Of a stretch of DNA of 64,000 bases, positions 1 through 7,708 are shown one piece after another. The translations under genes were made by a program, and so were the position numbers. The stretch is from Elusimicrobiota bacterium. GTDB lineage: Bacteria; Elusimicrobiota; Elusimicrobia; UBA1565; UBA9628. The DNA lies in assembly GCA_016209035.1 (NCBI GenBank), contig JACQWX010000126.1, positions 16,288 through 80,287 of the forward strand. Reading direction: 5' to 3'. The stretch's first letter is position 1. Each line of letters starts with the position of its first letter. The notes beneath the pieces are model-generated. The model was given only the letters and a program-made list of their open reading frames with translations, was not told the origin of the DNA and searched no databases.

Positions 1-183
1 CCGGTAGACGATGCGGAATAACTCCACCACGGTCGAGCGGTATCCGGAAAAAGGCCCGGCCATGGGCGAGCCCATCTCAGGAAAATCGCGCAGGGACTCC
101 AGGCGGCGGATGATCCTGCGCAGGAGGGGATCGCGGACGCGATCCAAATCCTCTTGCGCCTGGGCAAGGAGGAGTATCTTCAA
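1..183 (-). CDS. RelE/ParE-family type II toxin, N-terminal ~61 codons only (gene runs off the window start); TTG start overlapping the antitoxin stop
   Basis: minus-strand translation from 183 downward reads LKILLLAQAQEDLDRVRDPLLRRIIRRLESLRDFPEMGSPMAGPFSGYRSTVVELFRIVYR; ParE/RelE-like pattern; sits directly downstream of and 4-nt overlapping a Phd/YefM antitoxin. Confidence 0.5.
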   Translation of the reverse strand, partial: MKILLLAQAQEDLDRVRDPLLRRIIRRLESLRDFPEMGSPMAGPFSGYRSTVVELFRIVYR

Positions 184-455
184 GCCCGGGGGCCCCTGCG
201 ACGCAGGTAGGACTCCAGCGGCATGCCCTTGCCTGCCGCGGATTCGCGGCGGGCGCGTCCCAGCCTTTTCGCCCAGTCCGTGAAGGACATCTCGTCGCGG
301 GTCGCCAGGAATCCCTCGTAAGCCTCGTAACTCACCAGGACGGCCGCTGCGCGGCCGCGCTGGGTGATGACGACCGGTTCCTCGGTGCGCCGCACCTGAT
401 CCACATACAGCCTGGCCTTCGACTGCAGGTCACTAATAGGTATAATCTTATCCAT
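180..455 (-). CDS. Phd/YefM-family antitoxin (91 aa)
   Basis: ORF MDKIIPISDLQSKARLYVDQVRRTEEPVVITQRGRAAAVLVSYEAYEGFLATRDEMSF... matches the Phd/YefM N-terminal signature (sxxRxxL..vl..v....pvvItrrGkpvAVLvs.eeYe.L.e); overlaps the downstream toxin ORF. Confidence 0.8.
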   Translation of the reverse strand: MDKIIPISDLQSKARLYVDQVRRTEEPVVITQRGRAAAVLVSYEAYEGFLATRDEMSFTDWAKRLGRARRESAAGKGMPLESYLRRRGPRA

Positions 456-575
456 ATATAATAGTATATAATCAATTATATATCATGTCAAGCGCTCGCA
501 GCCCAGGCCCGGGACCTCGGCATCGAGCGGTTCCGGTCGAAACAAAGACGAAATAAGATGATTTTATCCTAAATA
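456..575. promoter_or_regulatory. AT-rich divergent promoter/operator region between the TA operon (-) and the giant-protein gene (+)
   Basis: sharp local drop in G+C; TATAAT-like boxes (tatataat, tataat) and AT palindromes (atatataatagtatataat...attatatat) typical of an autoregulated TA operator. Confidence 0.4.
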
Positions 576-3500
576 GTGTGGACATCTGTTTCACCCGCGA
601 CCATGCTGACCGGCTTCTTGAAGTGGCCCCCTGCCGCCCACGTCTTTCCTGATGGCGCAGGGGACGCTCGGCCTCCGGCCTGGACCGCGCCCCTGCTCGC
701 CTGCCTACTGGCTGCCGCCATGCCCGCCTTCGCTGCCGGCCCCGGCATCTCCGAGCCGCAGGTCCAGCAGTGCAACGACACCTTCGTCTCCGGGTCGTCC
801 ACGCGCAAGGCCTCGCCCCAGATCAAGGTCCCCATCCAGGACCCCACGGGCTTGAGGGTCGGCATCACCAGCACCCCCTACCGGTCGGCCGCCGGCTTTG
901 GGATGTGGCGTTTCAACACATCCTATACCAAGGCCCTCGAGAACAATTGTCTCGAGCAGGGTAACAAGAGAATCCGTTCGTGGGTCTATCGCTACGACGA
1001 TCCCGAGACGGCGGAACCCGTGATCGTGGGCCGGTGCGCCTACAGCGCGAGCACCCCCACAGCCGGATGCGCAGCCGACCTCAACACCATGGTTCTCGAC
1101 GCGACCGTCACCCAGTTCCCAATCAGAACCCCCTATCCATGGGTTTCCTGTCCGAGCAGCACCCAGACCATCGCCAATCATCCCGCCACCTATTCCTTCA
1201 ACCCCACTACCAGGACCGTGGACTCGGGGTGCTTGCCCGAGGCGACTTGCGGCTCGGCCAAGAATTGCCGATACTGGACCTGGACCTACGAGGATGCTTT
1301 CTCGAACATCACGGCCGGCCGCTGCACCTACAGCGCCAGCTCTACGACTCCCGAATGCGGGGCAGGCATCGGCAGCATGAGCCTCAGCGCGACGCTGCCT
1401 TGGCCCATCATCCAGCCCGAGTTGTTCTCCATCGGAGCATGTCCGGCGAGCACGGCCACGCTGCCCAGCGGGAATCAGCCCACCACCATCCCCCTGGGCC
1501 GATTCGACACGGGCCTGTTCAGAGACAGCGTGCACGCCCCCGTCGTGGAGAGCACCCAGGCCCTCACGATCGGCATCTACTACACCATGAGCGCCTGGGT
1601 CAGGACCTCGGCCGGGGGCTTGCAGAGGATATTCTCCCACCAGGATGGCACCAAGTACTGGGGATTCGGCCTCAACGGCGGAGCCCTTCGGCGTTTCGAC
1701 TCGCGCGAGGACGCCGGGAACCAGGACAACTCGCTGGGCTCGGGCTTGAACGACAATCAGTGGCACCATGTGGCCGTCGTGCGCAGGGACGGGGTGGAAT
1801 GGGAATTCTACAAGGACGGGCAGTCTCTAGGCACAACACCGGCCAGGACCGCTGCCGCCTTCTCGACAGGCTTCTCCAACCCCGCCTACGTCGGGAGCTA
1901 CCTCGGCTCATCGGAGTTCTTCAACGGCATGATCGACGACGTGCGCCTCTGGAGATACTCCATGACCGACGATGAGATGGCTCTCGACTACAACGCGACC
2001 GTCCACCGCTTCTCGATCAACGGGGGGAGCTCCTTCTCCTACGTCTTCCGCGATCCGCCCTCCAACGCCTACAATCCCCCGGCTTCCAACGGCACCACGG
2101 TCACCGTCTACTACCAGCCCGCGGTCCAGTCCGACATCACGACCGACCACAAGTACGTCTTCATGGCCCAGGACCGAACAGGAGAGTACACCGTCCAGGC
2201 CCCGTACACCGTGTACGTGGACAAGACCCCTCCGTCGAAGCCCGTGCTCTCCGGCGCCCCGCAATCCACGAACGAGATTCTCTGGACCTGGCCGACCCCC
2301 GCTTCGTTCTGCGGCCCTCCGGAGTACGCGGCCTTCTACACCCTGATCAACCCCGGCAGCGGCGCCACCATCATGAGCGTCCTGGACCCGACCCTGCAAA
2401 TCCTTGAGAACTTCGGAGGCGAGCCCCCCAACCAGCTCCACGGCCGGGTCATCTCGGCCACGGACATCTACGGCACCAGTCCTCTCTCCGACTGCACGAC
2501 CGCCTACACCAAGGCCGCCCAGCCCACGGCCTTGGCCGCGACCTCCATCTCGACCGGGTCGTTCGTCCTGCAGTGGAACAACCAGAACAACCCGAACTAC
2601 ACCCGCTACGAGCTCCAGTACAGCACGGTGGACGGGTTCGCCAGCGGCGCCGTGACGCTGGCCGCCATCAGCGACGACTTCAACGGCAGCCAGAAGGGGG
2701 TCTCCGGACTCCAGAACGGCACGACTTATTACGCCCGCGTCCGAGCCAAGAACGGCAGGCAAACCGACTCCTACGGCACCGACCTGACCGCCTACGCCAC
2801 CGCCGATTTCACCACCCTGCCCGCGGCCCCGGTCCTGACCGGCGCCGCTCTGTCCACCGGGTCCGTCCGCTGGGATTGGACCTCCGTGACGGGCGCCTTC
2901 GGCTACAAGCTCTACAGCTCGACGAACGGCCTGATGGTCGACACGCCCGCGCTCTCCTACTCCTCTTCGACGCTCAGCACCAACACGGCCTACGGCGCCT
3001 CGGTGGAGGCCTACGACCGTTACGGCACGGCCGGGCCGCGCTCGCCCACAGTCTACATCTTCACCCTGGCCACCAGCCCGGTCAACGCCTCCATCACCGC
3101 GGTCAGCACCAACGAGATCACCGTGTCCTGGGACGCCAACGGAAACGGCCCGCAGACCTACTACGAGGTCGTCATCGCGACGAACTCCGCCTTCGCCGCC
3201 GCGCTGAGCACCCAAGGCGTCACTGGCACCAGCGCGACCATCAAGGACCTTTTCCCGAAGACGACCTACTACTTTCGGGTCAGGGCCGTCAGCGGGGGGG
3301 GGGTCGCGACCCCCTTCATCCCGGAGACGCCGCTCAAGGCCGTGACCTACCCGAACCCCTACGTGAGCGTCTCGGACCCCCTGACCTCGCCCTACGTGCT
3401 CAAGGACGGCCTGGTGGGGTTGTGGCACATGGACGAGAGCTCGAACACTTCGGCCGCGGATTCCTCGTACACGAACAACGTCGGGACGCTCACCTGCATG

Positions 3501-4829
3501 GGGCCCGGGTGCACCTCCACTCCTACCTTCACGACCGGGCCGCCGGGCCTTGGGCCGGCCTTCGCTTTCCCGGGGGTCTCCAGCTCCATGGTGATCATGG
3601 CGGACCGCGGCGAATATCACTTCAGCGGCGACCTCTCGGTCAGCGCCTGGGTGAAGCCCTCCAAGACATCGCAGGCCAACGGCACGGCCATCGCGGCCAA
3701 GGGCCTCTTCAACTCCGAGGACTTCTGCCTGGACCTCACGAGCGACACGTACCGCTTCATGTTCAAGGCTACCTGGACCGTGCTCTCGACCATGACGGCG
3801 AGGCTCGGGACCTGGGACCATGTCATGGGGGTCTACTCCGACATGGGCGGCACCCTCAAGATCTACGTGAACGGCATCCAGTCCGGCCCGGCGACGGCCG
3901 CGGCCGGCAGGGCTTGGAGCGCCGAGCCCTTGAGCGTCGGGAGCCGGAGGAACGCCTCGGGGATCTACGCCCTCTCGTTCTCGGGCGCGATCGACGAGGT
4001 GCGCGTCTTCGCCAGGGCGCTCGGGGACGCCGAGGTCCTCGCCGAGTACGAGGCGAGCAAGCCCTTCGTCTACTCCGGAGCCACGACCGCCGACCGGGTT
4101 TCCGTCGAGCTCCCGCCCAACGCATTCACCTCGGGGGCTGCCGTCCTCTTTATCTCCCCCGATCCGGTCAGCCAGCCGGTGCGGCCCGGGGTCAACTTCA
4201 TTTCGGCGGGTCTGACCGTGATGCCCACCGCGCAGCGCTTCATCGACGGCACCCTCGTCGAGATCGTCCCCGTCATCGACGGCACTCCTTTCTCCGGGAC
4301 CCTGGGATCCGCGGCCACCGTCTACATCTCCTACACGGACAAGGACAACGACGGCGTCCTTGACGGCAGCAACCCGCCGATCCACGCCTCGACCCTGAGG
4401 ACCTTCGTCTTCGAGCCCAGCGTCATGCGCTGGGACGAACTCCCCAGCTCCATCGACTACGCCAACCGGCGGGTGGCGGCCCTCACCCGCCACTTCTCGG
4501 TCTTCGCGCTCTTCGGCGCCCAGGTCTACGGCAACAGCCTGCGGGAGGTCCGGGTCTATCCGGTCCCCTGGCAGATCGGCTCCGGAGGCCGGTTCGACGC
4601 GGAGGTCCTGGTCTTCGACCGGCTGCCGACCGACGGCCTGATCCGCATCTACAACCTCGCGGCGGAGAAGATCGTGGAGTTGGGCTTCGGGCCGTCCGAC
4701 CAGGGCAGGGTCGTGTGGAACGGCAACAACTACGTCGGGCAGCCCGTCGCAAGCGGCGTCTATCTCGCGTACGTCAAGTCGTCGACGGACGGGGCGCAGC
4801 GCATCCTCAAGTTCGTGGTGGAACGGTGA
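576..4829 (+). CDS. giant secreted surface protein (1417 aa): N-terminal Cys-rich repeats, two LamG/ConA-like (Laminin_G_3) domains, at least four fibronectin type III domains, and a T9SS-type C-terminal sorting domain; alternative start at Met codon near 718
   Basis: signal-peptide-like APLLACLLAAAMPAFA-AGP; the conserved Trp/Tyr-spaced FN3 beta-sandwich pattern recurs through the central part of the protein (roughly 2200-3350); LamG motifs (NQWHHVAVVR...DDVRLWRYSMTDDEM; LSVSAWVKPS...IDEVRVFARAL); C-terminus VRVYPVPWQIG...IRIYNLAAEKIVELGF...VASGVYLAYVKSSTDGAQRILKFVV resembles the Por-secretion CTD / FlgD-Ig-like sorting domain. Confidence 0.85.
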   Translation: MWTSVSPATMLTGFLKWPPAAHVFPDGAGDARPPAWTAPLLACLLAAAMPAFAAGPGISEPQVQQCNDTFVSGSSTRKASPQIKVPIQDPTGLRVGITSTPYRSAAGFGMWRFNTSYTKALENNCLEQGNKRIRSWVYRYDDPETAEPVIVGRCAYSASTPTAGCAADLNTMVLDATVTQFPIRTPYPWVSCPSSTQTIANHPATYSFNPTTRTVDSGCLPEATCGSAKNCRYWTWTYEDAFSNITAGRCTYSASSTTPECGAGIGSMSLSATLPWPIIQPELFSIGACPASTATLPSGNQPTTIPLGRFDTGLFRDSVHAPVVESTQALTIGIYYTMSAWVRTSAGGLQRIFSHQDGTKYWGFGLNGGALRRFDSREDAGNQDNSLGSGLNDNQWHHVAVVRRDGVEWEFYKDGQSLGTTPARTAAAFSTGFSNPAYVGSYLGSSEFFNGMIDDVRLWRYSMTDDEMALDYNATVHRFSINGGSSFSYVFRDPPSNAYNPPASNGTTVTVYYQPAVQSDITTDHKYVFMAQDRTGEYTVQAPYTVYVDKTPPSKPVLSGAPQSTNEILWTWPTPASFCGPPEYAAFYTLINPGSGATIMSVLDPTLQILENFGGEPPNQLHGRVISATDIYGTSPLSDCTTAYTKAAQPTALAATSISTGSFVLQWNNQNNPNYTRYELQYSTVDGFASGAVTLAAISDDFNGSQKGVSGLQNGTTYYARVRAKNGRQTDSYGTDLTAYATADFTTLPAAPVLTGAALSTGSVRWDWTSVTGAFGYKLYSSTNGLMVDTPALSYSSSTLSTNTAYGASVEAYDRYGTAGPRSPTVYIFTLATSPVNASITAVSTNEITVSWDANGNGPQTYYEVVIATNSAFAAALSTQGVTGTSATIKDLFPKTTYYFRVRAVSGGGVATPFIPETPLKAVTYPNPYVSVSDPLTSPYVLKDGLVGLWHMDESSNTSAADSSYTNNVGTLTCMGPGCTSTPTFTTGPPGLGPAFAFPGVSSSMVIMADRGEYHFSGDLSVSAWVKPSKTSQANGTAIAAKGLFNSEDFCLDLTSDTYRFMFKATWTVLSTMTARLGTWDHVMGVYSDMGGTLKIYVNGIQSGPATAAAGRAWSAEPLSVGSRRNASGIYALSFSGAIDEVRVFARALGDAEVLAEYEASKPFVYSGATTADRVSVELPPNAFTSGAAVLFISPDPVSQPVRPGVNFISAGLTVMPTAQRFIDGTLVEIVPVIDGTPFSGTLGSAATVYISYTDKDNDGVLDGSNPPIHASTLRTFVFEPSVMRWDELPSSIDYANRRVAALTRHFSVFALFGAQVYGNSLREVRVYPVPWQIGSGGRFDAEVLVFDRLPTDGLIRIYNLAAEKIVELGFGPSDQGRVVWNGNNYVGQPVASGVYLAYVKSSTDGAQRILKFVVER
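631..682 (-). repeat. GC-rich palindromic element, family A copy 1 (inverted orientation), in-frame in the 5' end of the giant-protein gene (encodes ..HVFPDGAGDARPPAW..)
   Basis: cctgccgcccacgtctttcctgatggcgcaggggacgctcggcctccggcctg is about 90% identical to the reverse complement of 9362-9410 and is related to 16046-16095 and 16211-16266; stem CCTGC(C)GCC / GGCGCAGG. Confidence 0.7.
3294..3303 (+). repeat. G10 homopolymer tract inside the giant-protein CDS (codons for SGGGV)
   Basis: agcggggggggggtcgcg read directly from the sequence; mononucleotide runs of 9 or more are slippage-prone. Confidence 0.9.
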
Positions 4830-4832
4830 ACG

Positions 4833-4884
4833 GCAAGGAATCCATCGGTGGAAGGTCTCGCAGAGCGGCTAGGATTCCTTGCCG
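4833..4884 (+). promoter_or_regulatory. intergenic 12-bp perfect inverted repeat (GGCAAGGAATCC ..28 nt.. GGATTCCTTGCC) followed by a second short hairpin (GTCCCGCcttGCGGGAC); partial terminator or attenuator between the cargo and barrel genes
   Basis: seen directly 4 nt after the giant-protein stop codon; no U-tract. Confidence 0.4.
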
Positions 4885-4927
4885 GCGTCCCGCCTTGCGG
4901 GACTGTCCCTCCCTTGAATTGATTGGA

Positions 4928-5923
4928 ATGGGACGTGTCTGCGTTCCCGTTTTCTTAGGTCTCCTTCTTGCCGTTTCGCTGTGGGCTCCGCCCACAGCGA
5001 GGGCATCTTTCAAGCGCCGGGACACCGGCTCCAACGCCGCTCAGTTCCTCAAGCTCGGGGCGGACGCCCGCGCGGCTGGCATGGGCCAGGCCGTCCGGTC
5101 CCTGGCCGAGGACGCGACCTCCGTCTACTGGAACCCGGCGGGACTCTCGGGCTTGAGGCTGCGGCACGCGACCTTCTCCCACGGAGCCCTCTACCAGGGC
5201 ATCTTCTACGATTTCCTCGCCTATGCCCAGCCCATCGAGTCGATCCTCGGGCGCAAGGAGCCGCGGCAGATCCGCGAGAGCCAGCTCGGAAGCCTGGGCG
5301 TCGCCTTGTTCTACATGAACGCGGGCTCCCTGCAGGAGACCGACAACACCGGGACCGCGACCGGCGGCAGCTTCATGCCCCAGGAGTTCGCCGGCGCGGT
5401 GGCCTGGGGCGGACGGCTCTCCTCGAACCTGGACGCCGGCATCGGCGTCAAGTTCATCCACTCGAAGCTCTACGAAAGCGCCCAGACCGCGGCGGGCGAC
5501 GTCGGAGCCAGGCTGCGCTTGAGGATCGCGCGCATGCCTCTGACCCTGTCGGTCGGGGCACACAACTTCGGGGGCAGCCTGAGGTACGGGCGGCAAAGCC
5601 AGGACCTCCCCTTCTTCGTGAGCGCCGGGGCCGGCCTGCGCGTAACCAAGGGCCTCATCCTGACCGGCGACCTCGTCGCGCCGCGGGACAACCGGCTCTA
5701 CGCCGCGGCGGGACTCGAGTTCCGGCAGGCCCTCACCTCCAAGGCGGGCTTCTCCCTGCGGGCCGGCTACAACGGGATGAACTACGACAGCGACCTCATG
5801 GGCCTCTCCGCGCTGGGGCTGGGAGCCGGGGTGCGCTTCCATCGGGTGGACGTGGACTACGCCTGGACGCCGTTCGGCATACTCACCACCGGCCACCGTT
5901 TCTCCCTCGCCTACCGATTCTGA
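4928..5923 (+). CDS. PorV/PorQ-family (FadL-like) outer-membrane beta-barrel protein (331 aa)
   Basis: signal peptide MGRVCVPVFLGLLLAVSLWAPPTARA; N-terminal family motif NAAQFLKLGADARAAGMGQAVRSLAEDATSVYWNPAGLSG (G.ARa.gMGgA..a.adDasA.ywNPAGL shared by PorV/PorQ/UPF0164/FadL-like barrels); C-terminal aromatic residue (..SLAYRF); immediately downstream of a CTD-bearing cargo. Confidence 0.75.
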   Translation: MGRVCVPVFLGLLLAVSLWAPPTARASFKRRDTGSNAAQFLKLGADARAAGMGQAVRSLAEDATSVYWNPAGLSGLRLRHATFSHGALYQGIFYDFLAYAQPIESILGRKEPRQIRESQLGSLGVALFYMNAGSLQETDNTGTATGGSFMPQEFAGAVAWGGRLSSNLDAGIGVKFIHSKLYESAQTAAGDVGARLRLRIARMPLTLSVGAHNFGGSLRYGRQSQDLPFFVSAGAGLRVTKGLILTGDLVAPRDNRLYAAAGLEFRQALTSKAGFSLRAGYNGMNYDSDLMGLSALGLGAGVRFHRVDVDYAWTPFGILTTGHRFSLAYRF

Positions 5924-5950
5924 CGCCCGTGTTTTTCCTATAATAGGCCC

Positions 5951-6958
5951 ATGGCCAAGAAGGTCCTCGTCACCGGATGCTCCGGCTACCTGGGAGAGCT
6001 CCTGGTCAGGAACCTCCTCGCCCACCCCCTCGTCCAGAAGGTGGTGGCCGTGGACCTCAAGCCTCCCAAGGTCCCGGCGCGGCACAAGTTCAAGCATTGC
6101 GCCGCCGACATCCGCGACGAGTTCCTCCTGCGCAGCATCATCGAGGAGGAATCCGTCGACACCATCTTCCACCTCGCGTTCATGGAAGCCGACCCCAGCC
6201 GGGCCGTGCTGTCCCACGCGATGAACGTCGGCGGGACGCTGACCGTGTTCGACGCCGCCAACCGGAGCGCGGCGGTCAACAAGCTCGTGATCACGAGCTC
6301 GACCTGGGCCTATGGCGCCCGCCGCGGGAACCCCGTGCCCCTGCGGGAGAGCGACCGCTTGAGGGCCACGGACTGGCCTTACGGGCTGCACAAGAGGCTC
6401 GTGGAGGAGGAGCTCGCCAAATCCCTTGCCCATTGCCGCAAGGGACTCAACGTGGCGGTCCTGCGGCTGGCCACGGTCGTCGGCGGGTCGGAGAGGCCCA
6501 AGGGGCCCGTGCGGCTCTTCTGCGAGGCGCCGTTCGGCGTGTCCGTCATGCTGCGCGGCGGCGAGATGCAGTTCCTCAGCGAGGCGGACTTCTGTAGAAC
6601 GATGAACCGCGCGATGGAGGAGCCCTCCTTCAGCGGGACCTACAACGTCGCCCCCGACGGCTGGACGACGGTCGCCGCTTTGTGCAGGAGGCTGGGCAAG
6701 ACGCGCATCCCCCTGCCCTATTCGTTCCTTTGGCTCTACTTCTTCCTCTCCAACACCCCGCGCCGGAAGGACTCCGTTTCCGAGGAACTGGCGGACATCC
6801 TGGCGTTCCCCGTGGTGGTCTCCAACGAGAAGATCAAGAAAGCCTTGGGCCTCGTCTTCGAGAAGGACTCCGAGGCCGCGTTCCTGGAGTGCGCCGCCGC
6901 CTGCGGCTGGAAGCCCCCGGCCCCTGCGCCTCTGGCGCAGGGGCCGCATGGGAAGTGA
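5951..6958 (+). CDS. NAD-dependent epimerase/dehydratase (SDR family)
   Basis: N-terminal Rossmann motif VLVTGCSGYLGELLV; length 335 aa. Confidence 0.8.
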   Translation: MAKKVLVTGCSGYLGELLVRNLLAHPLVQKVVAVDLKPPKVPARHKFKHCAADIRDEFLLRSIIEEESVDTIFHLAFMEADPSRAVLSHAMNVGGTLTVFDAANRSAAVNKLVITSSTWAYGARRGNPVPLRESDRLRATDWPYGLHKRLVEEELAKSLAHCRKGLNVAVLRLATVVGGSERPKGPVRLFCEAPFGVSVMLRGGEMQFLSEADFCRTMNRAMEEPSFSGTYNVAPDGWTTVAALCRRLGKTRIPLPYSFLWLYFFLSNTPRRKDSVSEELADILAFPVVVSNEKIKKALGLVFEKDSEAAFLECAAACGWKPPAPAPLAQGPHGK

Positions 6959-7544
6959 CATGGCGATGAAGGCGAACGACCCTGCCGCCGGCCTCGACCG
7001 CGTCGCGGGGCACATCCGCGCCATCCTCAGAGAGATCGGGGAAGACCCCGGCCGCCCGGGCATCGAGAAGACTCCCCGTCGCTACGCCAAGGCCCTCAGG
7101 GAGCTCACCTGCGGCTACGCGACCGACCTGGATGTCCTCTTCAACGGGGCGATGTTCCCCGTCTCCTACCATGAGATGGTCCTGGTCAAGGACATCCCGT
7201 GGTACTCGCTGTGTATGCATCACCTCCTCCCCTTCTTCGGCAAGGCGCACGTCGCCTACGTCCCGGACGGCAGGATCGTGGGCCTCTCCAAGATCCCCAA
7301 GCTCGTCGAGACCTTCAGCCGCAGGCTGCAGGTGCAGGAGCGCATGACCTGCCAGATCGCGCAGGCCCTGGCCGAGCGGCTCTCCCCGCTCGGGGTCGGG
7401 GTCGTGCTGGAGGCCCGGCACATGTGCATGGAGATGCGCGGCGCCAGGTCCGTGATGACGCCGACCGTGACCAGCGCCATGCTCGGCTGCTTCAGGAAGG
7501 ACCCCCGCACCCGGGAGGAGTTCCTCAGCCTTGTCCGGGGATGA
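6948..7544 (+). CDS. folE: GTP cyclohydrolase I
   Basis: conserved FolE core ...LCMHHLLPFFGKAHVAYVPDGRIVGLSKIPKLVETFSRRLQVQERMTCQIAQAL...; overlaps the upstream gene by 11 nt. Confidence 0.85.
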   Translation: MGSDMAMKANDPAAGLDRVAGHIRAILREIGEDPGRPGIEKTPRRYAKALRELTCGYATDLDVLFNGAMFPVSYHEMVLVKDIPWYSLCMHHLLPFFGKAHVAYVPDGRIVGLSKIPKLVETFSRRLQVQERMTCQIAQALAERLSPLGVGVVLEARHMCMEMRGARSVMTPTVTSAMLGCFRKDPRTREEFLSLVRG

Positions 7545-7572
7545 GAGCCTGTGATACAATCTAGCGCGGCTT

Positions 7573-7646
7573 GCGGGCGTGGTTCAATGGTAGAACGGGA
7601 GCTTCCCAAGCTCTAGACGAGGGTTCGATTCCCTTCGCCCGCTCCA
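7573..7646 (+). tRNA. tRNA-Gly (anticodon CCC), CCA encoded
   Basis: manual cloverleaf: acceptor GCGGGCG/CGCCCGC, D-arm GTTC-AATGGTA-GAAC, anticodon arm GGAGC-TTCCCAA-GCTCT, T-arm GAGGG-TTCGATT-CCCTT, discriminator T, CCA. Confidence 0.9.
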
Positions 7647-7707
7647 GATTTCCTCTGACTGCGGGCTGTGCCGCGTCGAAGACGCGGCACGCCCGCTCCA
7701 GATTTCC
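7636..7707 (+). repeat. 18-bp direct repeat CGCCCGCTCCAGATTTCC present twice (7636-7653 = tRNA-Gly 3' end plus 7 nt; 7690-7707), att-site-like duplication of a tRNA 3' end
   Basis: exact copies read from the sequence; the second copy ends 1 nt before the ATG of the next gene. Confidence 0.85.
7668..7690 (+). terminator. perfect 10-bp GC stem hairpin (GTGCCGCGTC gaa GACGCGGCAC) between the two direct repeats; possible tRNA terminator (no U-tract)
   Basis: seen directly. Confidence 0.4.
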
Positions 7708-7708
7708 G

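Noticed and set aside
1908-4493. 861-aa minus-strand ORF antisense to the giant cargo gene
   Set aside because: No domain signal. The sequence is Arg/Gly/Asp-rich low-complexity typical of antisense frames in high-G+C DNA, and the + strand frame has strong FN3/LamG domain content.
4955-7063. 702-aa minus-strand ORF across the PorV-like, SDR and folE genes
   Set aside because: Antisense artefact with no motifs. All three sense genes have clear family signatures.
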